A stretch of 64,000 bases of DNA from an uncultured delta proteobacterium (lineage in GTDB: Bacteria > Myxococcota_A > Polyangia > Polyangiales > Polyangiaceae). Below, one piece after another: positions 10,129-20,787 of this stretch. The notes below the pieces were generated by a model. It searched no databases. It saw nothing but the letters and a program-made list of their open reading frames with translations, and was not told the origin of the DNA. The stretch is taken from contig CAWJCS010000005.1 in assembly GCA_963841435.1 (NCBI GenBank), forward strand, positions 1,120,001 to 1,184,000, given 5' to 3'. Made by a program: the position numbers and the translations under genes. Each line of letters opens with the position of its first letter. The first letter of the stretch is position 1.

Positions 10129-12411
10129 CTAGCTCGGCAAACCGAGCGCCGGCACAACCTGGGTGATGCGCTCGCGCTCGGCGTCGCTGAGGCGAAAGGC
10201 AACGGCGACGCGCGCGTCGAGGGCCTCCTGTGCCGCGGCATCGACGCCGGAGGCGCGACTCGAGAGCTCGGCTCCGAGGCGCGAAAGCTCCTCGACGAGC
10301 GCGGGCGAGGGGGGACGAGGCGTACGGCGAAGGTGCTGCACTTTGAGCTGCGGCATGCCGTGCCGCGCGTCGCGATGGCGGACGTAGTGCAGCCAGCGAA
10401 TGGGAGTCGAGTTCAGGTACGCGACCAGGAACGTCGCCGGGTAGTCGGCGTCTTCGAAGCCTGCCAGGAGCGAGTTGCGGAACGCCACACCATCGGAGAG
10501 CGCGGCGAGCGGAGCGCGGGCCGTCTGTCGGACGACGAAGCGCACGCGCTCCCACTGCGCAGCCGAGCGCAGTCGCGAGCCGAACCAGCCTGGATCGGCG
10601 AACTGCGAAGGGCGGCGCAAGCGGAACGCCTCGATGTCCGCGCCACTCCTGAGCGGTACGGTGTGACGCTCGTCGGGGCAACCGGCGAGGTGAGTCGTGT
10701 CGTCACCCATGGACTGCAGGCCGCGTTCGCCGAACAGACGAGCAGGCAGCGGCTCGAGCGACAGCTTCTCGATCAGCGCGAGCGCGAGCGCGTCGAGGTC
10801 CGGCCGCTCGATCGGCCACGCCCGCTCGGGCACGTCGTAAAGCGGGCTCGCGCGACGCGTGGAAGCGAGCACCATGCAGGGCTGAAAGACGCCCTCGAAC
10901 CCGGCGTCGCCGAGATCGGCCAGCGTGGCGTCCGGCTCGCAGAGTCGGTCGTGCGCTCGGCGCGTCGGGGCGTAACCCGAGAGCTCGGACATCGAGCTCG
11001 GTAGCAATAGCCCGAGGCGACCGCCCGGGCGCAGGAGCGCGGCACTGCGCTCGACGAAGAGGCCCTGCAAGTTTCTGTACCCGGAGAAGCTCTCGAAGGC
11101 GCCGTAGGCCCCACGCAGCGGCGGCGCGAGGGGTTGCGCGGCGCGTCCGACGTACGAGATCCACGGCGGATTGCCGACGAACGCGTCGAAGCCGCCTCGC
11201 TCGACGACCACCGGTGAGAACGTCGCGCACCAGTCCACGGACGCCGCCGAGCGGGGCGCCGACGGAGCGGGCGAAACGGACGCTCTTGCCACGGTCGTTT
11301 GCGCGCGTGCCCTCGCGGCCTTCGGCGGCGTCGTCACCTTCGAGGTCAACGCCGCAGGCGGTCCGAGAAGCGACTCACCGACCGCCAGCCTGCCGCCCAT
11401 GAAGTCGAGCGGGAGCGCGCGGTCTCCAACGGCGAGCCAGAGTGCGAGCGCCGCTATCTCGACGGCCACAGCGTCGCGATCGACGCCGAACAGGCAGCTT
11501 TCGGCGACGCGCCGCCGGGCCGCGCGACGCGTCGCTTCGCTCGGCCGAGTCCCCTCTGCGGCAAGCAACCGCTCGGCAAGGAACCGGCACGTCGAAACGA
11601 GGAAAGCCCCCGTGCCCAGCGACGGATCGCACACCCGGAGCGCGAGGATCTCACCTGACGACGCGCCACTCGCGACGAGCGGGCCGAGCGCCAGGCCGAC
11701 GACGCGATCGGCGAGCGCGCGGGGCGTGTAGTGCGACCCCGAGCTTCGCCGACCCGCCGTGCTGCGCACGAGGGCGCGCCCGCTCGGAACCAGGCGCGCT
11801 CGTGCGCGCCTGCCAACGCTGAAGGCTCGAGCGAGCGCGTCGAGGTCGCGCGCCGCAGCGATCGCCCTGATCGTCCTCGGCTCCAGCGAAAGCCCGGCCG
11901 CCGCAAGCTTGCCGCAGCGGTCGGTGCCGGGCACTCGGACCAACGCTTCGAGCTTCACGGCGATCTCGGTGGCCGCTCCGCCCGCGGGCCGCTGCGAGGC
12001 GACGACTACCGTGAGCTCGGTCGCTCGTTCGACCAAGACCCCGAGCGTTCCCTCGTAGACACTCCCGATCTCCTCGGGCCCGAAATCACCGTTCGAGATC
12101 GCGGCGGTGCGACGAAGCGTCAACAACACGATACCGGCGGCCCTCGCGCCGTCCCGCGCTTCCCAAGCACCCGGGAAGAAGCGCGCGAAGGCTTCCTCGA
12201 GCGGCTCTTCGGCCAGACCCTCGTGTGCCGCCGCGAGGACGAACGCGGCACGCCCGACGGCGCGGGCGAGCGTTTCGCGCACTGGCTCGGTCCTCGCGTC
12301 GAAGAACCCCTCGAGCGCGCCTCCAGCCACCCCGAGCTGGTCCACGAGCGCTTCGAGCGCGTCGAGCCCAGCTGCTGCGAGGGCGGCGCTCCGCTGGGGC
12401 ACGCGTGCCAT
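10129..12411 (-). CDS. Eco57I/TaqI-like N6-adenine DNA methyltransferase (gamma motif order), no obvious nuclease domain
   Basis: GSHYTP, motif I DPSLGTGAFL, motif IV VGNPPW, LRPGGRLG, and a TaqI_C-like LVAYLNS region. Confidence 0.85.
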   Translation of the reverse strand: MARVPQRSAALAAAGLDALEALVDQLGVAGGALEGFFDARTEPVRETLARAVGRAAFVLAAAHEGLAEEPLEEAFARFFPGAWEARDGARAAGIVLLTLRRTAAISNGDFGPEEIGSVYEGTLGVLVERATELTVVVASQRPAGGAATEIAVKLEALVRVPGTDRCGKLAAAGLSLEPRTIRAIAAARDLDALARAFSVGRRARARLVPSGRALVRSTAGRRSSGSHYTPRALADRVVGLALGPLVASGASSGEILALRVCDPSLGTGAFLVSTCRFLAERLLAAEGTRPSEATRRAARRRVAESCLFGVDRDAVAVEIAALALWLAVGDRALPLDFMGGRLAVGESLLGPPAALTSKVTTPPKAARARAQTTVARASVSPAPSAPRSAASVDWCATFSPVVVERGGFDAFVGNPPWISYVGRAAQPLAPPLRGAYGAFESFSGYRNLQGLFVERSAALLRPGGRLGLLLPSSMSELSGYAPTRRAHDRLCEPDATLADLGDAGFEGVFQPCMVLASTRRASPLYDVPERAWPIERPDLDALALALIEKLSLEPLPARLFGERGLQSMGDDTTHLAGCPDERHTVPLRSGADIEAFRLRRPSQFADPGWFGSRLRSAAQWERVRFVVRQTARAPLAALSDGVAFRNSLLAGFEDADYPATFLVAYLNSTPIRWLHYVRHRDARHGMPQLKVQHLRRTPRPPSPALVEELSRLGAELSSRASGVDAAAQEALDARVAVAFRLSDAERERITQVVPALGLPS

Positions 12412-12483
12412 GACCGCACTTTATCGTGCCGGGCCAGCGGGCGGCTGCGGAGACTTGACGAGAGCGGGCGATTGTCCGAACTA

Positions 12484-13137
12484 GTGGACGTGTTCCGTTA
12501 CCTGGCCGTGCCGGTCGCGCTCGCTCTGGGCCTCCTTGCGTGCCCGGCCCGAGCACAGGAGTCGGACAACCAGGCGTGGGACGGCGGCTTCGACCTGAAG
12601 GCCGAGCGGCGTTCTAACGTCGTGCTCGGCTTTTCGGGGGGGCTCGTCATGGGAGGCGCGTCGGGCTACCCCAACGAAATTGCGAAGCTCGGCGACCCGG
12701 CCTACGAAGCGAAGACGGGGTTCGGCGTGGGCCCCGGCGGCGCGTTCTGGATCGGCGGCGCGCTCACCGACTGGTTTAGCGTGGGTGTGGGCGGCATGCT
12801 GCTTGGCGTGCACGGCAAGTCGGGCGATGGCTCGGGCGGCGCCTTCATCCTGCGCGTCGAAGCCTTCCCGCTCTACCTCGAGGGCGGAGGGCTCCGCGAC
12901 CTCGCTTTCTTCGCCGTGTTCGGCGCCGGCGGCTACACCGTTCACGGTGAGATGGGGCGCCGCGGCGAAGGCGGATTCACCTCCGTCGCGGGCCTCGGCA
13001 GCGCGTATGAGCTCTTTCGCTTCGGCCCGATTTCGATCGGCCCGAACGCCGAGTACGAGCTCATGCGCAGCCAGTCGGCGACCGCCCACCAGGTCACCCT
13101 CGGCGCGCGGGTGCTCTACTACGGCGGGCCCGGCTAG
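12484..13137 (+). CDS. Secreted / outer-membrane beta-barrel-like hypothetical protein
   Basis: Signal peptide ending ARA; amphipathic Gly/aromatic strands. Start codon approximate. Confidence 0.65.
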   Translation: MDVFRYLAVPVALALGLLACPARAQESDNQAWDGGFDLKAERRSNVVLGFSGGLVMGGASGYPNEIAKLGDPAYEAKTGFGVGPGGAFWIGGALTDWFSVGVGGMLLGVHGKSGDGSGGAFILRVEAFPLYLEGGGLRDLAFFAVFGAGGYTVHGEMGRRGEGGFTSVAGLGSAYELFRFGPISIGPNAEYELMRSQSATAHQVTLGARVLYYGGPG

Positions 13138-13188
13138 CTTCCCGCACACGATCCTCGAACGAGCTTTCCCCGGTGCTAGCCTGTGGGC

Positions 13189-15060
13189 ATGCCGTTCCGC
13201 AGCACCACGACCTTCTCGGGTCGCAGCATGGCCGGCGCCCGCTCCCTGTGGCGCGCCACGGGCATGGCCGACGCCGACTTCGAAAAGCCCATCGTCGCGA
13301 TTGCCAATAGCTTCACGCAGTTCGTGCCCGGGCACGTGCACCTCCACGACGTGGGGCAGCGCGTGAAGACGGTCATCGATGCTTCCGGCGGCTGGGGCGT
13401 GGAATTCAACACCATCGCCGTCGACGACGGCATCGCGATGGGCCACGGCGGGATGCTCTACTCGCTGCCGAGCCGCGACCTCATCGCCGACAGCGTCGAG
13501 TACATGGTGAACGCGCACGCCGCCGACGCGCTCGTTTGCATCTCGAACTGCGACAAGATCACCCCCGGCATGTTGATGGCCGCGATGCGTCTCGACATCC
13601 CCACGATCTTCGTTTCCGGAGGGCCCATGGAAGCGGGCAAGCTCGTCGGCACCCACGATCGCGACGGCAAGCCGCTGATCCGCAAGCTCGACCTCATCGA
13701 CTCGATGATCGCCGCCGGCGACGAGTCCGTGAGCGACGAGGAGCTCGGGCGCATGGAGCGCTCGGCATGCCCGACCTGCGGCTCGTGCTCCGGCATGTTC
13801 ACGGCGAACAGCATGAACTGCCTGAACGAAGCGCTCGGGCTCGCGCTGCCCGGTAACGGCACGCTGCTCGCCACGCACGCCCGGCGCTGGGAGCTCTTCG
13901 AGAGCGCCGGCAAGCGCATCGTCGAGCTCGCGCGCCGCTACTGGCTGGACGGCGATCGCAGCGCGACTCCCCGCGGAATCGCCACTTTCGAGGCCTTCGA
14001 GAACGCCATGACGCTCGACATCGCCATGGGCGGCTCGACGAACACCGTGCTCCACCTGCTCGCCATCGCAAAGGAAGCGGGCGTGCCGTTCGAGATGAAG
14101 GACATCGACCGCCTCTCGCGACGCGTGCCCAACGTTTGCAAAGTCGCCCCGTCCTCGCACCATCACGTCGAGGACGTCCACCGCGCGGGTGGCATCCTCA
14201 GCATCCTCGGCGAGCTCGATCGCGCGGGGCTCGTGCACCGCGACGTGCGCACCGTACACGGCGAGAGCATGGGGCACGCCATCGACGAGAACGATCTCCG
14301 CAGTGCCACGGTGACCGAGGCAGCGAAGGCGCGCGCGCTCGCTGCGCCCGGCGGCGTGCCCACCAAGCTCGCCTTCTCCCAGGACAGGTACTTCGCCGAG
14401 CCTGACGTCGATCGCGAGCGTGGTTGCATCCGCGATCTCGAGCACGCGTACAGCAAGGACGGCGGTCTCGCCGTCCTCTACGGCAACATCGCGGTCGACG
14501 GCTGCATCGTGAAGACGGCGGGCGTCGATGCGTCGATCCTCACTTTCGAGGGGCCCGCGCGCGTCTTTCACTCGCAGGAAGCCGCCTGCGACGCCATCAT
14601 GGCCGATCAGGTCCACTCCGGGGACGTCGTCGTCATCGTGTACGAGGGGCCGCGCGGTGGCCCGGGCATGCAGGAGATGCTCTACCCGACCTCGTTTTTG
14701 AAGGGAAAGGGCCTCGGAAAGGCCTGCGCGCTCGTCACCGACGGTCGCTTCAGCGGTGGCACGTCGGGCCTCAGCATCGGCCACGTCTCGCCCGAGGCCG
14801 CCGAGGGCGGCGCGCTCGCGCTCGTCGAAGAGGGCGACCCCATCCGCATCGACATTCCCAAACGCACCATCGATGTCATGGTCGACGAGGCGACGCTCTC
14901 ACGCCGCCGCGAAGCCATCCTGAAGCGCGGCAAGGACCCGTTCCGTCCAAACCGCGATCGCGTCGTGTCGACGGCGCTCAAGGCGTACGCGCTCATGACG
15001 ACCAGCGCCGCGCGCGGCGCCGTGCGCGACCTCAGTCAGCTCGAGCGGAAGAAGAGCTGA
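13189..15060 (+). CDS. ilvD: Dihydroxy-acid dehydratase
   Basis: [65 protein letters not shown]. Confidence 0.98.
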   Translation: MPFRSTTTFSGRSMAGARSLWRATGMADADFEKPIVAIANSFTQFVPGHVHLHDVGQRVKTVIDASGGWGVEFNTIAVDDGIAMGHGGMLYSLPSRDLIADSVEYMVNAHAADALVCISNCDKITPGMLMAAMRLDIPTIFVSGGPMEAGKLVGTHDRDGKPLIRKLDLIDSMIAAGDESVSDEELGRMERSACPTCGSCSGMFTANSMNCLNEALGLALPGNGTLLATHARRWELFESAGKRIVELARRYWLDGDRSATPRGIATFEAFENAMTLDIAMGGSTNTVLHLLAIAKEAGVPFEMKDIDRLSRRVPNVCKVAPSSHHHVEDVHRAGGILSILGELDRAGLVHRDVRTVHGESMGHAIDENDLRSATVTEAAKARALAAPGGVPTKLAFSQDRYFAEPDVDRERGCIRDLEHAYSKDGGLAVLYGNIAVDGCIVKTAGVDASILTFEGPARVFHSQEAACDAIMADQVHSGDVVVIVYEGPRGGPGMQEMLYPTSFLKGKGLGKACALVTDGRFSGGTSGLSIGHVSPEAAEGGALALVEEGDPIRIDIPKRTIDVMVDEATLSRRREAILKRGKDPFRPNRDRVVSTALKAYALMTTSAARGAVRDLSQLERKKS

Positions 15061-15244
15061 ACGCTCTCGACACCGCCTGTCGGCGCGTGTCGCAGCGAGT
15101 GGTCGCGTGTCGTGAAAGCCACGACCAATCCGGCGCGCACGTTCGGTTTGTCGTACCCGCATGTAGCCTGCATGCTATTTTGCAGGTACTCGGCAATCGT
15201 TTCTTTGGAGGCTGCCGAGGGTTCTCGTCGAAAGGGAGTGGAGC

Positions 15245-16504
15245 ATGCAACACCAGCACAAAAGAGGCCTTCGCATCTCCGTGGTGCTCGGCGCCGCGGC
15301 CGCCACGGCCGGCTTGTCTTGGGGCTGCGGCTCGGACGCCGACAACGCGCCCACCGGTGGCGCGCTCGGAGCACGCGGCGGCTCCGGTGGCTCGGGCGGC
15401 ACCATCGGTGTCACGGGCGGCTCGGCGGGTAAATCGTCGGGCTCGGGCGGCAGCATCGCGATTGGCGGCACGGGCAGCGGGGCCACGGGCGCAACCGGCA
15501 ACGTCGGCGGCATGATCCCGCCCGATGCGGAGTGCGCTTCCGTCTCGCGTCAGAGCAACAAGGCCGTCGTGGCGTTGCTCTTCATGGTCGATGTCTCGGG
15601 CTCGATGTACTGCACCGTCCCCGAGCCGAACCCCGACCAGCCCTGCACGGGCCATTCGAGCAGCCCCGATCAGGGCGCAGCGAGCTGGCGCTGGAACGAG
15701 GTGGTGCCGGCGCTCAAGGACTTCTTCAGCTCGCCGTCGAGCTCGGGCATGTGGGCCGGCATCGATTTCTTCTCCGGCGACGTGAGCTGCGACGCTGCCG
15801 ACTACGAACAGTCCAATCCCGAGATCGCCCTCCTGCCGGGCGCCGCCACGGCCATCAACGCCGCCATCGACCAGCAAGATCCGTCCGGCCAGACACCGAC
15901 CGTGCCCTCGCTCGAGGGCGCCACGCGTCACGCGCAAGCCTGGGAGGCGGCGCATCCCGATCACCAAGTCGTCATCGTCTACGCCACCGACGGCTACCCG
16001 CAGGGCTGCGGCAACGGCAACAACATCGGCAACGCCGTGCAGGTCGCCGCCGACGCCTACGGCGGGAGCCCCAGCATCCCCACGTACGTGCTCGGCGTCG
16101 GTCCGAACCTCGACGACCTCGATCGCATCGCCGCGAGCGGCGGCACCGACCAAGCGTTCCACATCGACACCTCGAGCGCGAACGTCACGGCCGCGCTGAC
16201 CGACGCCTTCAACTCCATCCGCAGCAACGTCGCCGTCGACTGCACCTACAATCTCCCCTCGCCACCCGCGGGCCAGACGCTCGATCTCCAGGCCGTCAAC
16301 GTGAACTACACGAGTGGCACGGGACAAGAGACGCTCGTCGGCTTCAACGCGAGCGCCAACTGCACCGAGGGCTGGCAGTACGCGAACGGCAACACGCAGA
16401 TCGTCCTTTGCGGCAGCACCTGCGACACCGTCAAGGCCGACCCCGGCGCCAAGATCGACGTAGCATTCGGCTGCACCACGATCGTCGTCGACGTCCCGAA
16501 GTGA
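15245..16504 (+). CDS. vWA-domain lipoprotein
   Basis: Lipobox SWGC, Gly-rich linker, MIDAS DVSGS...T...TDG, Cys-containing C-terminal domain. Confidence 0.85.
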   Translation: MQHQHKRGLRISVVLGAAAATAGLSWGCGSDADNAPTGGALGARGGSGGSGGTIGVTGGSAGKSSGSGGSIAIGGTGSGATGATGNVGGMIPPDAECASVSRQSNKAVVALLFMVDVSGSMYCTVPEPNPDQPCTGHSSSPDQGAASWRWNEVVPALKDFFSSPSSSGMWAGIDFFSGDVSCDAADYEQSNPEIALLPGAATAINAAIDQQDPSGQTPTVPSLEGATRHAQAWEAAHPDHQVVIVYATDGYPQGCGNGNNIGNAVQVAADAYGGSPSIPTYVLGVGPNLDDLDRIAASGGTDQAFHIDTSSANVTAALTDAFNSIRSNVAVDCTYNLPSPPAGQTLDLQAVNVNYTSGTGQETLVGFNASANCTEGWQYANGNTQIVLCGSTCDTVKADPGAKIDVAFGCTTIVVDVPK

Positions 16505-16524
16505 ACGGCGGCCGCGGGGCGGCG

Positions 16525-17379
16525 TCAGCCGGGCTGAGCGAGCGCGCGTCGAAAGAACTCGGAGTGGACCGCGAGCCGCTCGACGTATTCCTCGATCGCG
16601 GCCCGCGCGCGGCTCGAGAGGCGGCCGAGCGGGACCACGTGCTCGTCCGGAACGTAGCGAAACGTGAAGTTGACGCGCCGCGTGCGAAAATCCGCGAGCT
16701 TCGGCGGTAGCTCGAGGCCCGCGCGGCGGTCCACGCGCTGGACGCGGTGCAGCGTCCGCTCCTTGTATGCCGGCCCGGCGAAGAGCTGCAGCGAGCCGTC
16801 GTCGAGCCACTGCGAAAGCACCGGCTCGTCGCGCTGGCCAATGCGCCGCGAAATCACGAACTGGAAGAGCGCACGCTCGCCGAGCGAGAGCGACGCCACG
16901 GGGCCCGGTTCGAAGTCACGGTGCTCACCGACGCGCGCCGAGTCGACCCAGCGGCCCTCTTCGAGCCGCCGGCCGTAGAAGTTGACGAGACAGGTATTGA
17001 GGCGAAAGCCGGGCGGCACGTAGCGCTCGGGAAAGAGCCGTCGCGCACGCTGCTCGGCGTCACGGGCGATGCGCGCGAGCACGGGCGGGAACGGCTCCGC
17101 CCGAACGCAGCGCTCCCGCGTCCCCCGCGGCGGCCGATAGTAGTCGAGACAGGCGAATTGCCAGCTCCCGAGCCAGTACACGGGGCGCAGCAAGCGCCGC
17201 TGGGCGCGTCCCGCCGGGGGCGCGCCGGCGTTCGGGTAGCGGTACTCCCAGATGGGGTACACGGTCCCGAGCCAGGCGAGGATGGCCTCGCGATCGGCGC
17301 GCGCGAGGTACCCAGGCTGGTACACGTGGCCGCCGGGATCGAGCGGGCGTGGACGCGGGTGCACGCGAGTTTCTACCAC
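16525..17379 (-). CDS. AlkB-family 2OG-Fe(II) dioxygenase
   Basis: CLVNFY, HRD, VASLSLG, distal H (LHRV), RVNFTFR. Start codon approximate. Confidence 0.85.
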   Translation of the reverse strand: MVETRVHPRPRPLDPGGHVYQPGYLARADREAILAWLGTVYPIWEYRYPNAGAPPAGRAQRRLLRPVYWLGSWQFACLDYYRPPRGTRERCVRAEPFPPVLARIARDAEQRARRLFPERYVPPGFRLNTCLVNFYGRRLEEGRWVDSARVGEHRDFEPGPVASLSLGERALFQFVISRRIGQRDEPVLSQWLDDGSLQLFAGPAYKERTLHRVQRVDRRAGLELPPKLADFRTRRVNFTFRYVPDEHVVPLGRLSSRARAAIEEYVERLAVHSEFFRRALAQPG

Positions 17380-17473
17380 TGCTTCGCCCGTCGGGTGGCG
17401 CCTCGCGATTGTTCTACGGCGGGCGCGCGTGGGGTCTCGCGCGACGGCTGCCCTCGTGCTCAACTCGGTCGCC

Positions 17474-19060
17474 GTGGGCACCCGTCGCGAGGCCTTCCGT
17501 ACGAACTACATGAGCGCGGATCGCCGCGTGCTGGGCCTCGCGCGCATCGCATTCGGCTTCGTGCTCGTCTACGATCTGATTCGGCGAGCGCGGGTGCTCG
17601 ACCTCCTCTACACGAACGAGGGGGTACTCCCAAACCATTTCGTGCTGTTCGAGCCTCAGGCTCGACCTCAGTTCTCGCTCTTGATGGGGTTTTCGACGCC
17701 CGCGGAGGCCCGCGTCGAGTTCGCGCTGATCTTCCTCGTCTACGCGCTCTACACGCTCGGGCTCTTCACGAAGCTGTCGCAGATCCTCGTGTTGCTCGTC
17801 TTCACGAGCCTGAACACGCGCAATCTCTTCGTCGAGGACGGCGGGATCTCGACGATGATCTCGTTTTCGGTGTGGAGCGTGTTCCTGCCGCTCGGGGACC
17901 GCTTTTCGCTCGATGCGCTCCGTCGTCAGGCGTCGCTGCCGAACCTCCGAGCGCGGATCCGAGCCCGGCGAGAGCTGCGGATGCCCGTCGTGTCTTTGGC
18001 CGTCCTGGCGCTCACCTTGCAGATCGTCGTCATTTATTGGCTGAACGCCGTGCACAAGACGGGGCCCACCTGGCGCCACGGGGAAGCCGTCCACTACGTG
18101 CTCTGGCAAAACCGCGTCACGACCCCGTTCGCCTGGTGGCTCGCACACCACGAGCCGCCGTATTTTTCCTGGCTCGCGACCAAGGGCACCCTGCTCGTCG
18201 AGTACACGATTCCGGTGCTCGTGCTCTATCCGGGTGTCGTTTGGACACGGGTGGTCGCTTTCGGGCTCAGCGTGGCGCTGCACGGCGGCATCGCGCTGCT
18301 CATGACGCTCGGGCCGTTTTCGTACGCCATGATGACACTCGTCTTGTCGCGCGTACCCGGCGACGCGCTCGACTGGGTCGCGAAGCGTCGTCCGCGGCAC
18401 CTCGCACGCGGTCTCGTGCGGCGCCGCGCCGCATGGACGGCCTGGCTCGCTCGCCGTGTGCCGCACGCGCCGGCGCCACGCCCTGCCGCCGTTCCGCTGC
18501 CGTGGGGAAAGCTCCGCGAGGGCACGGTGGCGTTCTTGATGGTGGCGGCCGGCGTGGAGCTCAGCCAGGTGAACCCCGGCGTCAGGCTCAAGCTGCCCCA
18601 GCCGGACTGGCTTCGCATGGTGGTGATGTATCCGCGGCTCACGCAACGCTGGAGCATGTTCGCGCCGCACGCGCCGACAGACGACGGCTTCGGTGTCGTC
18701 GATGCCGTCACGGCGGACGGACGTCACGTCAACCCGTTCACGGGAGAAGCTCCCGACTTCGAGGCCATGAACCGCGGACCGATAAAGGAGAAGATCGAGA
18801 CCGCGGACTACCTCTTCTCCGTCCACTTCCCCCCGAACGAGCGCTACCGCCGCGAGCTCGCGCGCTACATCGACCGCTATCACGAGCGCGAAGGTCTCGG
18901 CCCGAAAGACCGCATCGTCAGCTACGACGTTTACTGGGTGTCGCACGACTCGCCGCCCCCCGGCTCCGTCACGCCGGGCCCGCTGCGCCGCGAGCCGTTC
19001 CTGCGCAGCCGACACGGCCGTCTGCTTCAGATCCGTCCCGCCACTGAGGCGAAACCGTGA
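17474..19060 (+). CDS. HTTM-domain membrane protein (vitamin K-dependent gamma-carboxylase-like TM domain)
   Basis: LYTNEGVLP, SLNTRN...DGG, FSLDA, QIVVIYW.NA.HK.G..W..GEAV, LHGGI, QRWSMFAP. Start codon approximate. Confidence 0.8.
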   Translation: MGTRREAFRTNYMSADRRVLGLARIAFGFVLVYDLIRRARVLDLLYTNEGVLPNHFVLFEPQARPQFSLLMGFSTPAEARVEFALIFLVYALYTLGLFTKLSQILVLLVFTSLNTRNLFVEDGGISTMISFSVWSVFLPLGDRFSLDALRRQASLPNLRARIRARRELRMPVVSLAVLALTLQIVVIYWLNAVHKTGPTWRHGEAVHYVLWQNRVTTPFAWWLAHHEPPYFSWLATKGTLLVEYTIPVLVLYPGVVWTRVVAFGLSVALHGGIALLMTLGPFSYAMMTLVLSRVPGDALDWVAKRRPRHLARGLVRRRAAWTAWLARRVPHAPAPRPAAVPLPWGKLREGTVAFLMVAAGVELSQVNPGVRLKLPQPDWLRMVVMYPRLTQRWSMFAPHAPTDDGFGVVDAVTADGRHVNPFTGEAPDFEAMNRGPIKEKIETADYLFSVHFPPNERYRRELARYIDRYHEREGLGPKDRIVSYDVYWVSHDSPPPGSVTPGPLRREPFLRSRHGRLLQIRPATEAKP

Positions 19061-19539
19061 GCGCGGAGCCGTCGGCGCTCGACCTCACGTGGATGACGGC
19101 AGCGCTCGCCGAGGCCGACCTCGCCCCTGGGCACGCCAACGTCCCGGTCGGCTGCATCGTCGTCGACGGCGACGGCAACGAGCTTGCCCGCGCGCACAAT
19201 CAGCGGGAAAAGGACGGCGACCCCACGGCGCACGCCGAGCTCCTGGCGCTTCGCGCGGCGTCGCGAAGGCGCGGGCACTGGCGGCTCGACGGCGCCACCG
19301 TCTACTCCACTCTCGAGCCCTGCCCCATGTGCGCAGGCGGGCTCGTCGCGGCCCGGGTCTCGCGGCTCGTCTTCGGCGCCACGGACCCGAAGGCAGGCGC
19401 TGTCGTGTCGCTGTTCTCGATCGGAGACGACCCCCGGCTCAACCATCGCATCCTCGTGACGCCCGGTGTCATGGCCGCCGAAAGCGCGGCGCGCCTGGGC
19501 GCCTTCTTCGCGAAGCTACGCGCTGCGGGGGAGCGCTAG
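19057..19539 (+). CDS. tadA: tRNA adenosine(34) deaminase
   Basis: VPVG, AHN, DPTAHAE, TLEPCPMCAG, DPKAGA, RLNH. Confidence 0.9.
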   Translation: MSAEPSALDLTWMTAALAEADLAPGHANVPVGCIVVDGDGNELARAHNQREKDGDPTAHAELLALRAASRRRGHWRLDGATVYSTLEPCPMCAGGLVAARVSRLVFGATDPKAGAVVSLFSIGDDPRLNHRILVTPGVMAAESAARLGAFFAKLRAAGER

Positions 19540-19632
19540 CGAGCGCCCGCGGTTCCCAGAAATGCGCCCGAAACGCCTCGGTACGGGCTTCGCAGGCCCA
19601 GTCTTCGTAGACGCGCTCGGACGGTCGCCTGT

Positions 19633-19648
19633 GGGCACGCTTTGAGCT
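19633..19648 (+). promoter_or_regulatory. Possible sigma54-like -24/-12 element upstream of fbaB
   Basis: GGGCACGCTTTGAGCT has GG-N10-GC spacing but an imperfect -12 box. Confidence 0.25.
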
Positions 19649-19686
19649 AGTCTCCGCGCCCCGTCCCTTACTCCTCGGAGAGAATC

Positions 19687-20760
19687 ATGAGCCAGCTCGG
19701 CAGCATTCAGACGCACCTCGGCGAAAAGGCCAGCTACTACCTCGAGCACGTCAGCAAGACGGTCCCCAAAGACAAGCTCCACCTGCCAAGCTCGAGCTTC
19801 GTGGACGACGTCTACTCGAGCTCCGACCGCAGCCCTCAGACGCTCCGGAGCCTGCAGGATCTGTTCTCGCACGGCCGCCTCGCCGGCACGGGATACATGT
19901 CGATCCTCCCGGTCGACCAGGGCATCGAGCATTCGGCGGGCGCGTCCTTCGCCAAGAACCCGGCCTACTTCGACCCTGAAAACATCGTGAAGCTCGCCAT
20001 CGAGGGCGGTTGCAACGCGGTCGCCAGCACGTTCGGCGTGCTCGGCATGGTGGCGCGCAAGTTCGCCCACAAGATCCCGTTCATGGTGAAGTTCAACCAC
20101 AACGAGCTTCTCACCTATCCGAACAAGGCCGAGCAGATCACCTGGGGCACGATCAAGCAGGCCTGGGAGATGGGCTGCACGGCCGTGGGCGCCACGGTCT
20201 ACTTCGGCTCTTCGGACGCCTCACGCCAGATCGTCGAGGTCTCGCAGATGTTCCAGCAAGCCCACGAGCTCGGGATGGCGACGGTGCTCTGGTGCTACCT
20301 CCGGAACAACGCTTTCAAGGTCGGCGGCGTCAACTACCATCTGGCGGCCGATCTCACGGGCCAGGCCAACCACCTCGGTGTCACGATGGGCGCGGACATC
20401 ATCAAGCAGAAGCTTCCCGAGGTGAACGGCGGCTTCAAGGCGCTCAACACGGGCGGGTCGTCCTACGGCAAGCTCGACGAGCGCATCTACAGCGAGCTCA
20501 CGAGCGATCACCCCATTGACCTTTGCCGGTACCAGGTCGTCAACTGCTACATGGGACGCGCCGGCCTCATCAATAGCGGCGGCGCCTCGGGCAAGAACGA
20601 CTTCGGCGAGGCCGTGACGACGGCCGTCATCAACAAGCGTGCGGGCGGCACGGGCCTCATCAGCGGCCGCAAGGCGTTCCAGCGTCCGATGGCCGAAGGC
20701 GCGAAGCTGCTCCAAACCATCCAGGACGTGTACCTCTGCAAAGAGGTCACCGTCGCCTGA
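19687..20760 (+). CDS. fbaB: Class I fructose-bisphosphate aldolase (FbaB/DhnA type)
   Basis: [46 protein letters not shown]. Confidence 0.97.
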   Translation: MSQLGSIQTHLGEKASYYLEHVSKTVPKDKLHLPSSSFVDDVYSSSDRSPQTLRSLQDLFSHGRLAGTGYMSILPVDQGIEHSAGASFAKNPAYFDPENIVKLAIEGGCNAVASTFGVLGMVARKFAHKIPFMVKFNHNELLTYPNKAEQITWGTIKQAWEMGCTAVGATVYFGSSDASRQIVEVSQMFQQAHELGMATVLWCYLRNNAFKVGGVNYHLAADLTGQANHLGVTMGADIIKQKLPEVNGGFKALNTGGSSYGKLDERIYSELTSDHPIDLCRYQVVNCYMGRAGLINSGGASGKNDFGEAVTTAVINKRAGGTGLISGRKAFQRPMAEGAKLLQTIQDVYLCKEVTVA

Positions 20761-20787
20761 CGCCGCCGGCGTCGGCCCGCCACCCGC

